Below are positions 10,235 through 20,283 of a stretch of 60,385 nt of DNA, one piece after another. The number at the start of each line of letters is the position of its first letter. Position 1 is the stretch's first letter. Location: NCBI GenBank assembly GCA_028817855.1, contig JAPPOT010000210.1, positions 1-60,385 on the forward strand. The letters run 5' to 3'. A program made the translations under genes and the position numbers. The notes under the pieces are model-generated. The model was given only the letters and a program-made list of their open reading frames with translations, was not told the DNA's origin and ran no database searches. Source of the DNA: Myxococcales bacterium. GTDB lineage: Bacteria > Myxococcota_A > Polyangia > Polyangiales > JAFGIB01.

Positions 10235-11662
10235 TCACTTCTTGCGCGAGTGCCGGCGGCGCCTGTCGGCCTTCTTCGGCTCCGGCTTGGTGCTCACCAG
10301 CGCGAAGTGCACCACCACATCGATCGGGGCCTGGTCCGCCCAGTCGCGCGCCCCCTTGTCGTCGCGGCGGTCTTCGCCCACCGACCAGATCGACAGCTCG
10401 TCGGCGTCTTGAGACAGCCGCCAGTGCAGTGCCTGTCCGTTGTACGGATCACGCAGGGCGCGGTCGCCCAGGCCCGCCGGCTCGCTCGGAAGGCGCCCGT
10501 AGCGCGCGCGCTCGCCCAGGGTCGCGAGCCCCACGGTCAGGATCCGCAGCAGGGCCTGGCCGCGCATGTCGTCGTAGAGCCAGCCCACCACGCCGCCGGT
10601 GGCGTCGCCGACCAGCATCAAGCCCGAGCGCGAGCGCCACTCGTGCTCGCGTCGCCAGGTCTCGAGCGAGTCGGGGTACTCGACCGCGCTCAGCTCGCGC
10701 CAGCGTGTGGGGCGATCGAAGTGCTGCCAGGCCGCGTAGATGGCGGGCCGGCGCCGCAGGCGCACCAGCAGGGTCTCGTCGCCCTCGTCGGAGAAGATGT
10801 CCGCGAGCTTGCGCAGCTGCACCATCGCCACGATGTCCGCCAGCTCGATGCCGCCGCCGACCGGGGGCGGGTTGGTCGCCATGCCGCGCAGCTCGCGCGC
10901 GGTGCGCAGCAGCGCGTCGGCGTCGGCCTGCTGGGCGCAGCGCGTGATCACCGGAGCGGCGATGCTGGTCGCGCGCATCGAGATGCTCGCCGCCTCAAGT
11001 GGTGCGCCGGGCACCAGATCCTGTCCAAGCCGCACCACGTCGGCCGCCACCGCCAGGCAGTCATCGGGGCCCCGCGCCACGCCGTCGGCGAGCAGCAACA
11101 GAACCGAGTCGATGAAGAGGGCGTAGTCGGGCACCTTGATGCCGTCGCCCTGCTCGGCGGGCAGCACGGTCATCGACCAGGCACTGCGGGTGGCCGCTCG
11201 CAGCTTGGCCAGGTGGGCGGCGCGCTCCTTGATCAGCGCGGCCTGCTCCTCTTTCAGCGGCTGTCCGTAGTGCAGCTGCGAGGCGAGCTGCTCGCGCTGC
11301 TCGGCGCTCAGCGGGGCCATGCCCGCGAGCGCCTCCCACGTGGCCTGGGCGGCGTTGTCGTCCTTGGCGGCGCCGCGGTGCACACGGCGATCCCAGCGCT
11401 GACGCTTGTAGGTCGCGATGTGAGCGTCCAGGGTCTCGCTCATGCTCCCGTATTTGTGCTGGGAGAAGCCGGCAAAACCGGCCACGCCGAGCACCAGTAG
11501 GAGCGCGAGGACAGCGAGCTTTGTCCCGATGGTGAGCCTCCGCAGGCGGCTGTCCGCGCAATCCTGCGGGCAGCCTGGAAATTGTCCCTCAAAACGGGGG
11601 CCCTCGGCAATCGATGACGCATTCCGCCAGCGTGGTGACGGGGCCCCCGGGAGAGTGCACAC
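10235..11662 (-). CDS. hypothetical membrane-anchored protein
   Basis: TM helix KLAVLALLLVLGVAGFAGF followed by about 400 aa of helical-looking sequence. C-terminal stretch DPYNGQALHWRL...LSIWSVGEDRRDDKG is reminiscent of pseudopilin-type tails. Start is uncertain: in-frame GTG 11662 chosen, alternatives CTG 11545 or ATG 11443. The listed ORF start at 11899 would overlap the ABM gene. Confidence 0.55.
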   Translation of the reverse strand: MCTLPGAPSPRWRNASSIAEGPRFEGQFPGCPQDCADSRLRRLTIGTKLAVLALLLVLGVAGFAGFSQHKYGSMSETLDAHIATYKRQRWDRRVHRGAAKDDNAAQATWEALAGMAPLSAEQREQLASQLHYGQPLKEEQAALIKERAAHLAKLRAATRSAWSMTVLPAEQGDGIKVPDYALFIDSVLLLLADGVARGPDDCLAVAADVVRLGQDLVPGAPLEAASISMRATSIAAPVITRCAQQADADALLRTARELRGMATNPPPVGGGIELADIVAMVQLRKLADIFSDEGDETLLVRLRRRPAIYAAWQHFDRPTRWRELSAVEYPDSLETWRREHEWRSRSGLMLVGDATGGVVGWLYDDMRGQALLRILTVGLATLGERARYGRLPSEPAGLGDRALRDPYNGQALHWRLSQDADELSIWSVGEDRRDDKGARDWADQAPIDVVVHFALVSTKPEPKKADRRRRHSRKK

Positions 11663-11689
11663 TGCCCGGCCCGAGAGGAGACCCTGATC

Positions 11690-11977
11690 ATGATCGCAGT
11701 AATCGCGAAGCTGAAGGTGGCCGACGGCAAGGAGGGTGATTTCGAGGCCCTGATCGCCGAGCTGGCCAAGACGGTGCTGGAGAAGGAGGAGGGCTGCGTG
11801 ATGTACCAGCTCTGCAAGTCCCAGCAGGCAGGGACCTACGTGATGATCGAGCGCTACAAAGACCAGGAGGCCTTCGGCGTCCACGCCCAGACCGAGCATT
11901 TCCGGGCCGCGGTGGCGAGGTTTGGCGAGGTTTTGGCCGGTGCGCCGGAGATCGAGATCCTGACCGAGGTCGGCTGA
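11690..11977 (+). CDS. antibiotic biosynthesis monooxygenase (ABM) domain protein
   Basis: 95 aa. MIAVIAKLKVADGKEGDFEALI...YVMIERYKDQEAFGVHAQTEHF is typical of the ABM/YgiN-like ferredoxin fold. SD GAGAGGAG upstream. Confidence 0.8.
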   Translation: MIAVIAKLKVADGKEGDFEALIAELAKTVLEKEEGCVMYQLCKSQQAGTYVMIERYKDQEAFGVHAQTEHFRAAVARFGEVLAGAPEIEILTEVG

Positions 11978-12004
11978 GGGGCGCCGATCCGGCCGGCGGT
12001 TGTG

Positions 12005-12036
12005 CGGCGGGCGGGGCCGTCGTATGACGCCCGCCG
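12005..12036 (+). terminator. stem-loop downstream of ABM gene
   Basis: CGGCGGGCG (12005-12013) pairs with CGCCCGCCG (12028-12036) across a 14-nt loop. No U-tract. Confidence 0.3.
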
Positions 12037-12186
12037 TGTGTAGGACGGGCAGGTCCCAGGTGGCACACGGCGAGCCGGCCCTCGGAGGCTACCTCCGGGT
12101 CCAAAAACCGTGTATGGAACCACCCCCGGCGGGCCAGCCCTGGGCGCAGTCCCGGTCCGCCTGACCCTTTCTTCGAGGTTTGAGCA

Positions 12187-13350
12187 ATGAGCATGACACG
12201 CGCGTACTGCATCACCGCCGAGGCCGTGGCCGCCGAAGCCGAGCGAGCTGGCGGGGACTACGACAAGGTCGACATTTCCAAGATCGTCCAGCTCGATGAC
12301 CTGGAGCTGCGCGACCTCGGGCCGCGCGACGTCGGAATGCGGATCCTGGCGGTGTCGGCCGAGCACAACATCGAGCACGCCGCCCTGGCCGACACGGTCA
12401 ACATCGCCGAGGGACGCGGCGGCAAGATCTTTCCCGGCAACAGCGCCGTGGGTGAGGTGACCGCGGTCGGCAACCAGGTCACGAAGTTCAAGCCGGGCGA
12501 CGTGGTCATCACCCACTGCAACGGCGAGCCCGACGACTACGGCTACCCACTGCGCATCTGGGCATACGACGCGCCCGACTCGATCGGCTGGTATGGCAAG
12601 GACGCGGTGGTCGAGGACTGGCAGCTGGTAAAGGCTCCGCTCGATTGCGGACTGAGCCTCTGGGAGATCGCGGCGCTGCCCCTGCGCGCGCCGACGGCGT
12701 ACCACATGTGGCGGCGCGCCCTGGGCATGTTCCGCGTGAAGGCCTCGACCGAGCATCGCTCGGTGCTCAACGTGATGAGCTTCGGCGGCGGCGTGGGCGA
12801 GCTCTTCCTGCAGCTGGCTGCGGCCGATGGGCACAACGCATTCTTCTGTGCCGGCAGCGCCGAGCGCCGGGAGGCCCTCGAGCAGTTTGGCATCAAGGGC
12901 ATCGACCAGAAGGAATTCAACCGCTTCAAGAGCCGCGACGACATCCGCGCCTTCAACAAGCGGGTCAAGCAGCTCACGGACGGCGAGGGCTTCCACATCG
13001 TCTGCGACATGCTGCGCGGCCCCTGCTTCGAGGCGGGCCTGACCGTCAGCGCGCGCTGCGGCGTGAACGTCAGCTCAGGCTGGCAGCTGTCGCAGGAGGT
13101 CTCCTACAACACCACGCTGATGAGCGTGAAGCAGGTGACCATCGATCACACTCACTACGAGACCGTGATCGGCTGCGGTGCCACCACCGAGCTCTACGGC
13201 CGCGTCTTCAAGCCCACGATCCACAAGGAGATCTACAGCTTCGAGGACTTGCCGCGCTGCTTCGAGGAGATGCACGAGAACACCCAGACCGGCATCCCGA
13301 TCATCCGCATCGCGGACGAGATGCCGGCCCCCGTCCAGGGACTGCTGTAG
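12187..13350 (+). CDS. medium-chain dehydrogenase/reductase (zinc-type alcohol dehydrogenase-like) family protein
   Basis: 387 aa. GroES-like N-domain pattern (PGNSAVGEVTAVGNQVTKFKPGDVV) and Rossmann segment VMSFGGGVGELFLQLAAADG. Confidence 0.7.
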   Translation: MSMTRAYCITAEAVAAEAERAGGDYDKVDISKIVQLDDLELRDLGPRDVGMRILAVSAEHNIEHAALADTVNIAEGRGGKIFPGNSAVGEVTAVGNQVTKFKPGDVVITHCNGEPDDYGYPLRIWAYDAPDSIGWYGKDAVVEDWQLVKAPLDCGLSLWEIAALPLRAPTAYHMWRRALGMFRVKASTEHRSVLNVMSFGGGVGELFLQLAAADGHNAFFCAGSAERREALEQFGIKGIDQKEFNRFKSRDDIRAFNKRVKQLTDGEGFHIVCDMLRGPCFEAGLTVSARCGVNVSSGWQLSQEVSYNTTLMSVKQVTIDHTHYETVIGCGATTELYGRVFKPTIHKEIYSFEDLPRCFEEMHENTQTGIPIIRIADEMPAPVQGLL

Positions 13351-13380
13351 CCGGCGCCGAAGTTCGCTAGAATTGCGGCC

Positions 13381-14406
13381 ATGCACACGGCGGTCGCAAT
13401 TCCTGGAGATGGCATCGGGCCCGAGGTGATCGAGGCGGTCTACCGCGTCTTCGAGGCGGTAGGGGCGCCGGTGCGCTTCGTCGAGCGCCACGCGGGCGAG
13501 GCCGCGCTTTCGGCCGGGGAGTCGGAGCTGCTGCCGGAGTCGACGCTGGCGGCGATCCAGGAGTACGGGGTCGCGCTCAAGGGGCCGTGCACGACACCGA
13601 TCGGCAGCGGCTTCCGCTCTGTCAACGTGCAGCTGCGGCAGACGCTCAAGCTGTTCGCGGCGGTGCGGCCCGTACGGACGATGCCGGGCGTGGAGACGCG
13701 CTTCGGCGACGTGGACCTGGTGATCGTGCGCGAGAACACCGAGGGGCTGTACAGCGGGATCGAGAACACGGTCGCCGAGGACGTGGTGATCTCGATGAAG
13801 GTGGCCACGCGCAAGGCCTGCCGCCGCATCGCCCTGTGGGCCTTCCGCTATGCGACCCACAAGCGGCGCGAGAAGATCACGGTCTTTCACAAGGCGAACA
13901 TCATGAAGATGACGGACGGGATGTTCCTGGAGGAAGCCCGGCGGGTGCACGAGGTGGAGTATCCGAACATCGCCTACGAGGAGATGATCATCGACGCGGC
14001 CGCGATGCGGCTCGTGCAGGACCCGTCGCCCTTCGACATCCTGCTGTGTGAGAACCTCTACGGCGACATCGTCTCCGACCTGTGCGCCGGCATGGTGGGC
14101 GGCCTGGGCGTGACGCCGGGCGCGAACTTCGGCGAGGAGCACGCCGTCTTCGAGGCCGTGCACGGCTCGGCGCCCGACATCGCTGGGCAGGGGCTGGCCA
14201 ACCCCCTGGCGTTGTTGATGAGCGGGACGATGATGCTCAATCACCTGTCCGACACGCGTGGCGACGAGGCCTGCCGCCAGGCGGCCCAGCGCATCAAGCG
14301 CGCCTATGACGGCGCCCTCGGCGCCGGCGAGCGCACGCGGGACCTGGGGGGCGCCCTCGGCACGCGCGAGTTTGCCGACGCCGTGATTGCGCGCGCCCAA
14401 GACTAG
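13381..14406 (+). CDS. isocitrate/isopropylmalate dehydrogenase family protein (NAD-IDH-like)
   Basis: IPGDGIGPEV, VIVRENTEGLYSG, NLYGDIVSDLCAGMVGGLG, HGSAPDIAG. 341 aa. Confidence 0.85.
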   Translation: MHTAVAIPGDGIGPEVIEAVYRVFEAVGAPVRFVERHAGEAALSAGESELLPESTLAAIQEYGVALKGPCTTPIGSGFRSVNVQLRQTLKLFAAVRPVRTMPGVETRFGDVDLVIVRENTEGLYSGIENTVAEDVVISMKVATRKACRRIALWAFRYATHKRREKITVFHKANIMKMTDGMFLEEARRVHEVEYPNIAYEEMIIDAAAMRLVQDPSPFDILLCENLYGDIVSDLCAGMVGGLGVTPGANFGEEHAVFEAVHGSAPDIAGQGLANPLALLMSGTMMLNHLSDTRGDEACRQAAQRIKRAYDGALGAGERTRDLGGALGTREFADAVIARAQD

Positions 14407-14615
14407 CGAGCGTTTGCGCGTTCAGGCGCCGCGGCGTCGCCTTCGCCAGCCGCGTTCGGCGATGCGGTGCGCCGATGTAGCCGCGTGCGCCACGCGCCCT
14501 TCCCAAAGATTCATCCGATTCCGTTTCTCCGTTGACGTCCCCGTATGGGTGCGTACGTCGCTGCGCGGTTGGATGTCCTTTCTTTCCTGCCGAGCCGCAG
14601 GGAACGCCCGCGCTC

Positions 14616-15260
14616 ATGCATCGACGCGCCGTACACCGTAGGTCCGCGACCTACCCACCCGTGCAGCTCACCCTGGTGGTGCTCGCAGCGTCTGCGAGCG
14701 CGTGCCAGGCGGCATCCGCCGAGTACTTCGCCGATACCGACCAACCGCGCGCGGATGATGCGTCGGGCGCGGCCCTGCACGACACCACCATCGAGTTGCC
14801 GGCCTCGCTGCGCGGCGTGCCCACGGGCGAGCGCGCGCCCACCGGTGCGCCGGTAGTGGTCGCCTGCGGTACCTGTCACAACGGCGAGCCCGGTGCGCTG
14901 CCCGCGCAGGCCAGCGAGGTCGCAGGGCCACACACCGGCCTGGTCGTGCAGCACGGCGGCAACACCTGCGGCTCCTGCCACGACCCGAACCGGCGCGACC
15001 GACTCAGGCTCGCCGACGGCCAGCAGCTCGAGCTGACCGAGGCCATGCAGCTCTGCAGCCAGTGTCACGGGACCCAGCGTCGCGACTACGACCACGGTGC
15101 CCACGGCGGCATGGCGGGCCACTGGGACCTCGCCCGCGGGCCGCGCACACGCAACCACTGCATCCATTGCCACGACCCGCATGTGCCGGCCTATCCGCGC
15201 GTGCTGCCCGCGGCGCCGCCGCGCGATCGCTTCTTCGGAGCCGGAGCGGGCCATGAGTAG
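14616..15260 (+). CDS. tetraheme c-type cytochrome (first gene of nap-associated module)
   Basis: Four CXXCH motifs (CGTCH, CGSCH, CSQCH, CIHCH). Signal peptide ending ASASAC. Start at ATG 14616. Confidence 0.8.
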   Translation: MHRRAVHRRSATYPPVQLTLVVLAASASACQAASAEYFADTDQPRADDASGAALHDTTIELPASLRGVPTGERAPTGAPVVVACGTCHNGEPGALPAQASEVAGPHTGLVVQHGGNTCGSCHDPNRRDRLRLADGQQLELTEAMQLCSQCHGTQRRDYDHGAHGGMAGHWDLARGPRTRNHCIHCHDPHVPAYPRVLPAAPPRDRFFGAGAGHE

Positions 15261-15425
15261 AACCCATCTCACAGCCTCCCGTGGGTGGATTCTGGAGCGC
15301 GACGGTGCCGAGCGGCGCATCGGCGAACGGAGGCAATGCGCGGGCATTGTTGAGCGTGAGGTGAGGCGGTGCGCGGTAGTGTCCCGCCCGGAAGGCGCCG
15401 CGAGGAGGCTTTGCGATGGGTTCTA
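15258..15425. mobile_element. MITE-like element, family A copy 1 (TA-flanked, IS630/mariner-type features)
   Basis: The 164-bp body (15260-15423) has TIRs GAACCCATCTCACAGCCTCC and GAACCCATCGCAAAGCCTCC (18 of 20 match). TA lies on both flanks. A copy about 85 percent identical lies inverted at 29167-29332. It sits between the cytochrome and FeS genes. Confidence 0.7.
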
Positions 15426-16321
15426 GGGTCACGCGCCGCCGCGCCCTGCGCGTCCTCGGGGCCAGCCTGGGGGGCAGCGCCTTCGCCTACGCCGTCGCGC
15501 CGGTGGCCGCTTTCGTGCAGGCCACGAACAAGGAGGAGTTCCTCCAGCAACACTATCGCGAGCTCACCGAGGCGGGGCTGGCCGACGTGCTGCGGCGGCT
15601 CGAGGCCGAGACCGCCCGCGACTACGGCGCCGACGTCAGCATCCGCGACCCGCGCCCGCTGCCCGACGTCCAGTTCGGCTATGCGCTCAACCTGAGCGTC
15701 TGCATCGGCTGCCGCAAGTGCGCCGAGGCCTGCCACCACGAGAACAACCACGACCGCCGCACGAACAACTCCTACATCCGCGTGCTCGAGATGACCCAGG
15801 GCACGATGGACATGGAGCAGGGGAGGGCCGACTACGACCACGCAGTGCCAGCGCCCGGCAAGTACTACATGCCGGTCCAGTGCCAGCAGTGCGAGAACCC
15901 GCCCTGCGTCGATGTCTGCCCCGTGCAGGCCACCTGGAAGGAGGACGATGGCGTCGTCGTGGTCGACTACAACTGGTGCATCGGCTGCCGCTACTGCGAG
16001 GCGGCCTGCCCCTACCACGCGCGCCGCTTCAACTGGCACAAGCCCGAGATCCCGGCCGACGAGATCAACCCCGACCAGGCGTACCTGAGCAATCGCGTCC
16101 GGCCCCAGGGCGTCGTCGAGAAGTGCCACTTCTGCCTGCACCGCACGCGCGAGGGGCGGCTGCCCGCCTGCCTCGAGGCTTGCCCCACGGGCGCGCGCGT
16201 CTTCGGCAACCTGCTCGATCCAGAGTCCGAGATCCGCTGGGTGCTCGCGAACAAGCGCGTCTTCGTTCTCAAGGAAGAGCTCGGGACCAATCCGCGCTTC
16301 TTCTACTTCTTCGACACCTGA
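15416..16321 (+). CDS. Tat-exported 4Fe-4S cluster protein (NrfC/PsrB/HybA-like)
   Basis: Twin-arginine signal MGSRVTRRRALRVLGASLG. Four Cys clusters (CIGCRKCAEAC, CQQCENPPCVDVCP, CIGCRYCEAACP, CHFC...CLEACP). SD GAGGAGG 7 nt upstream. Confidence 0.85.
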   Translation: MGSRVTRRRALRVLGASLGGSAFAYAVAPVAAFVQATNKEEFLQQHYRELTEAGLADVLRRLEAETARDYGADVSIRDPRPLPDVQFGYALNLSVCIGCRKCAEACHHENNHDRRTNNSYIRVLEMTQGTMDMEQGRADYDHAVPAPGKYYMPVQCQQCENPPCVDVCPVQATWKEDDGVVVVDYNWCIGCRYCEAACPYHARRFNWHKPEIPADEINPDQAYLSNRVRPQGVVEKCHFCLHRTREGRLPACLEACPTGARVFGNLLDPESEIRWVLANKRVFVLKEELGTNPRFFYFFDT

Positions 16322-16329
16322 TCCTCGCC

Positions 16330-17598
16330 ATGGCGACACCCTCCCACCGCATCAGCACGATCGACCACAGGGTCAACTACGCCAAGTTCCTGTGGCGGGC
16401 GCTGTCCGCGTCCACCGACGGCAGCTGGGGCTTCTACGCCGTGATGACTGCGCTGTCGGTGGTAGCGCTGGTCGGCGCCAATGCCTGGGCGCAGCAGCTG
16501 GTCCACGGGTTGGCGACCACCAACATGAGCGACCACGTCTCGTGGGGACTCTACATCGCCAACTTCACTTTCCTGGTCGGCCTCGCCGCGGGCGGCGTGA
16601 TGATGGTCATTCCGGCCTACGTCTACCGCGACCAGAAGATGCACGACGTGACGATCATCGGCGAGCTGCTGGCGATCGCCGCGATCGCGATGGCGCTGCT
16701 CTTCGTGGTCGTCGACATGGGCCGGCCGGACCGGCTCTGGCACATGATCCCGGGGCTCGGCCGCTTCAACTGGCCGATCTCGATGCTCACCTGGGACGTC
16801 ATCGTGCTCAACGGCTACCTGCTGCTGAACCTGCACGTAGTCGGCTATATCGTCTACCAGCGCTATCTGATGCGCCGGCCGAATCCGCGCTGGTACGTGC
16901 CCTTCGTGTTGCTGTCGATCGCCTGGGCGATCTCGATCCACACCGTGACGGCCTTCCTGTACTCGGGCCTGGGTGGGCGTCCCTTCTGGAACTCGGCGCT
17001 GCTCGCTCCGCGCTTCCTGGCCAGCGCCTTCATCGCCGGCCCCGCGGCGATCATCATCACCCTGCAGTTGGTGCAGCGCCTCACGAGCTACATGGTGCCG
17101 GACGGCCCCATCCGCACGCTGCTCCAGGTCGTGCGTGTCACCACCATCATCAACCTCTTCATGCTGCTGAGCGAGCTCTTCACCGAGTTCTACTCGGGCG
17201 GAGCCCACACCGCCTCGGCGCGCTACCTCTTCGTCGGTCTGCACGGGCACGCCGAGCTGGTGCCGTGGATCTGGTCGGCGGTGGCCCTGAACGGATTCGC
17301 CATCCTGCTGCTGGTCCAGCACAACGTGCAGTCGCGGCCCCTGTTGATGAACGTCGGGCTGGTGATGACGTTCGTGGGCGTGTGGATCGAGAAGGGCATG
17401 GGCCTGATCATCCCCGGCTTCATTCCCAGCACCCTGCATGAGGTCGTGACCTACATGCCGAGCGCGAACGAGTGGAAGGTCACGCTCGGCATCTGGGCCT
17501 TCGGCGGGATGCTCTACATCGTCGCGATCAAGGTGGCGCTGCAGGCCTTCGCCGGCGAGCTGCATCGCTCCATCCCGCCACCCCGGAGGAAGAGCTGA
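16330..17598 (+). CDS. NrfD/PsrC-family integral membrane quinol-interacting subunit
   Basis: 422 aa with multiple TM helices. WGLYIANFTFLVGLAAGG is typical of NrfD-like proteins. Start at ATG 16330 inside the longer listed ORF. Confidence 0.85.
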   Translation: MATPSHRISTIDHRVNYAKFLWRALSASTDGSWGFYAVMTALSVVALVGANAWAQQLVHGLATTNMSDHVSWGLYIANFTFLVGLAAGGVMMVIPAYVYRDQKMHDVTIIGELLAIAAIAMALLFVVVDMGRPDRLWHMIPGLGRFNWPISMLTWDVIVLNGYLLLNLHVVGYIVYQRYLMRRPNPRWYVPFVLLSIAWAISIHTVTAFLYSGLGGRPFWNSALLAPRFLASAFIAGPAAIIITLQLVQRLTSYMVPDGPIRTLLQVVRVTTIINLFMLLSELFTEFYSGGAHTASARYLFVGLHGHAELVPWIWSAVALNGFAILLLVQHNVQSRPLLMNVGLVMTFVGVWIEKGMGLIIPGFIPSTLHEVVTYMPSANEWKVTLGIWAFGGMLYIVAIKVALQAFAGELHRSIPPPRRKS

Positions 17599-17900
17599 TG
17601 CCGATCAGTGGCCTGATGGTGACCCTGCCTGCCGACGGTGCGGTGCGCGAGCGCGTCCTTGCGCACGTCGAAGCCGACCCGTGCCTGACGAGGGGCGTCC
17701 TGTCCGGGTTGCGCGTCGCGCTGGTCTCCGAGACGGGCTCGCCCGCCGAGGACGAGGCCGTCGTGGAGGGGCTGCAGCGCTTCGACGGCGTCTTCGTCGA
17801 CGTCATCTTCTACGACTTCTCCGACGTCGAGTCGGTCGATTCGCTGCCGCGCCGCCGTCGCCGCAGGCCCGAGCAGCACCACGCGGGTGAGGGAGGCTGA
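17598..17900 (+). CDS. napD: NapD-like chaperone
   Basis: 100 aa. [10 protein letters not shown]...[36 protein letters not shown] follows the NapD pattern (ISSLVV...VVVEA...IE.....GVL.V.LVYH). ATGA overlap with the preceding stop. Sits directly upstream of napA. Confidence 0.7.
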   Translation: MPISGLMVTLPADGAVRERVLAHVEADPCLTRGVLSGLRVALVSETGSPAEDEAVVEGLQRFDGVFVDVIFYDFSDVESVDSLPRRRRRRPEQHHAGEGG

Positions 17901-17901
17901 C

Positions 17902-20283
17902 ATGGAGCGTCGGGAGTTCATCAAGATGTCGGCCATGGCGGCCGCCGCGGCCGCGGTCGAGGCGGGGCCCGCGCGCTCGCAGCTCAAGGTCCTGCAGAAC
18001 GCGGGCGTGAAGTGGAACAAGGCGCCGTGTCGCTTCTGTGGCACCGGCTGCCACGTGCAGGTGGGCGTCGACGGCGGGCGCGTGGTCGCAGTCGCCGGCG
18101 ACCGCGACGCGCCCGTCAACAAGGGCCTGCTCTGCGTCAAGGGCTACCACGTGGGGCTGGCGCTCTACGGCAAGGACCGGCTCACGCGCCCGCTGCTCAA
18201 GCAGGACGGCAAGCAGGTGCCGATCTCCTGGGATCGGGCGCTCGACATCGTGGCGGAGCGGATCGCCGCCGCGCCCGATCGCTTCGGCATCTACGGCAGC
18301 GGGCAGTGGACCATCCCCGAGGGCTACGCCAATCAGAAGCTGATCAAGGGCGGCCTCGGCAACAACCACATCGATCCCAACGCGCGGCTGTGCATGGCCT
18401 CGGCGGTGACCGGCTTCCTGAGCACCTACGGCGTCGACGAGCCGGCCAGCTGCTACGACGACCTGGACGCGGCCGACGTGATCATCGCCTGGGGCAACAA
18501 CCCGGCCGAAATGCATCCCATCCTGTTCTCGCGCTTCATCGACCGCCGCGCGCGTGGCGAGCGCGTCGTGTTGATCGACATCGGGACGCGCCGTACGCGT
18601 ACCACCTCCTTCGCCCAGCACTACCTGGAGTTCAAGCCCCACAGCGACCTGGCCATCGCCAACGGCATCGCCCACATCCTGTTGCGGGAGGGGAAGTACG
18701 ATCGAGAGTTCGTCGAGAAGCACTGCGGCTTCCGCACCGAGGGTGAGAAGCCTTCGCTCTTCGGTGAGGCGATGGACTTCGAGAGCTACGAGCGCCAGCT
18801 GGCCGAATACACGCCCGAGCGGGTGCAGGAGCTCTCGGGCGTGCCGGTGGAGCAGCTGCGCATGCTGGCCGGCCTCTTCGCCGACCGAAAGAGGCGCATC
18901 ACCAGCCTCTGGTGCATGGGCGCCAATCAGCATACGCGCGGCACCGCCATGAATCGCCTGATCCACGGCGTGCACCTACTCAGCGGGCACTTCGGCAAAC
19001 CCGGCGACGGTCCCCAGAGCCTGACCGGCCAGCCCTCCGCCTGCGGCACCGCGCGCGAGGTCGGCACCCTCGCCCATGCCCTTCCCGGGGGCCGCATCGT
19101 CAAGAACGCGGAGCACCGCAAGCAGTGCGAGGCGCTGTGGAACGTGCCCGAGGGGCGCATCGCGGCCAAGCCGGGCTTCCACACGGTCAAGATGTGGGAG
19201 GCCTTCAGCACCGAGGGCGGCGGCATCGACACCCTGTGGGTCCAGGTCACCAACCCCGCGCAGAGCCTTCCGAACGTGCGCAAGCTCTTCCAGCCCAGCC
19301 GCAAGCTGGCCGACAAGTTCCTGATCGTCAGCGACGTCTATCCGACCGAGACCACTCGCCATGCCGACCTGGTGCTGCCGTCGGCCATGTGGGTCGAGAA
19401 GAACGGCATCTTCGGAAACTCCGAGCGCCGCACCCAACAGTGGTTCAAGATGGTGGAGCCGCCCGGCGAGGCGCGCGACGACTGCTGGCAGGTGATCGCG
19501 GTCGCGAAGCGCCTCCACGACCTCGGCGTGCCGGGCATGCTCGATCGGGACGGCCGCTTCCTCTTCCACATGGAGGACGCGGCCGGCAAGGAGGTCCCGG
19601 TCTGGGACTGGAGGCGCTACTACGACATCAACGTCGACGAGCGCCTCTTCAGCGAGTACCGCGGCTTCAGCCGCCTCAAGCACAAGGACCTGGCGCCCTA
19701 CGACGAGTACGTCAAGTCGCGCGGGCTGCGCTGGCCGGTGGTGAAGGGCGATGACGGCATCTGGCACGAGACCCGCTACCGCTTCGTCGAGGGTGAGGAC
19801 CCGTACGTGGAGAAGGGAGAGGGCTTCTCCTTCTACCACTCGACGAGCAAGAACGGCCGCGCCCAGATCTGGTACCACCCCCACGCGACGCCCCCCGAGG
19901 TGCCCGATGCCGAGTACCCCTTCTGGCTGTGTACCGGGCGCGTGCTCGAGCACTGGCACACGGGCAGCATGACGATGCGCGTGGCCGCGTTGCGCCGGGC
20001 CATGCCGAACGCCTACGTCGAGATGCACCGGGAGGACGCCCGCGCGCTGGGCCTGCGCAACGGTGAGATGGTCCGCCTCGAGACGCGCCGTGGCGCGCTC
20101 GACCTGCCCCTGTGGCTCGACGGCCGGGGTGCGCCGCCGCGCGGCTCCGTCTTCGTGCCATTCTTCGACGAGCAGCTGCTGATCAACGAGCTCACCCTCG
20201 ACGCTCACGACCCGGTGTCGAAGCAGCCTGACTACAAGAAGTGCGCCGCGCGCGTGCGCAAGCCGGGAGCGAAGGCCACGTGA
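17902..20283 (+). CDS. napA: periplasmic nitrate reductase catalytic subunit NapA
   Basis: Tat signal [35 protein letters not shown] 4Fe-4S motif. 793-aa molybdopterin oxidoreductase. SD GGGAGG upstream. Confidence 0.95.
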   Translation: MERREFIKMSAMAAAAAAVEAGPARSQLKVLQNAGVKWNKAPCRFCGTGCHVQVGVDGGRVVAVAGDRDAPVNKGLLCVKGYHVGLALYGKDRLTRPLLKQDGKQVPISWDRALDIVAERIAAAPDRFGIYGSGQWTIPEGYANQKLIKGGLGNNHIDPNARLCMASAVTGFLSTYGVDEPASCYDDLDAADVIIAWGNNPAEMHPILFSRFIDRRARGERVVLIDIGTRRTRTTSFAQHYLEFKPHSDLAIANGIAHILLREGKYDREFVEKHCGFRTEGEKPSLFGEAMDFESYERQLAEYTPERVQELSGVPVEQLRMLAGLFADRKRRITSLWCMGANQHTRGTAMNRLIHGVHLLSGHFGKPGDGPQSLTGQPSACGTAREVGTLAHALPGGRIVKNAEHRKQCEALWNVPEGRIAAKPGFHTVKMWEAFSTEGGGIDTLWVQVTNPAQSLPNVRKLFQPSRKLADKFLIVSDVYPTETTRHADLVLPSAMWVEKNGIFGNSERRTQQWFKMVEPPGEARDDCWQVIAVAKRLHDLGVPGMLDRDGRFLFHMEDAAGKEVPVWDWRRYYDINVDERLFSEYRGFSRLKHKDLAPYDEYVKSRGLRWPVVKGDDGIWHETRYRFVEGEDPYVEKGEGFSFYHSTSKNGRAQIWYHPHATPPEVPDAEYPFWLCTGRVLEHWHTGSMTMRVAALRRAMPNAYVEMHREDARALGLRNGEMVRLETRRGALDLPLWLDGRGAPPRGSVFVPFFDEQLLINELTLDAHDPVSKQPDYKKCAARVRKPGAKAT

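Noticed and set aside
13075-14400. 441-aa ORF antisense to the IDH-family gene
   Set aside because: The plus strand has canonical isocitrate/isopropylmalate dehydrogenase motifs. The antisense frame has none.
14407-14615. FNR/CRP or NarL-type boxes upstream of the nap operon
   Set aside because: I saw only partial matches (for example TATGGGTG against the NarL heptamer complement). Nothing is convincing enough to annotate without a genome-specific motif model.
15004-15432. ORFs 15004..15432 (minus) and 15097..15426 (plus) share peptide similarity with ORFs at 28944..29474 and 29058..30890, which could suggest a small duplicated gene
   Set aside because: The similarity is explained by the two MITE copies being translated. 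The ORFs cross element boundaries, lack RBS context and overlap real genes.
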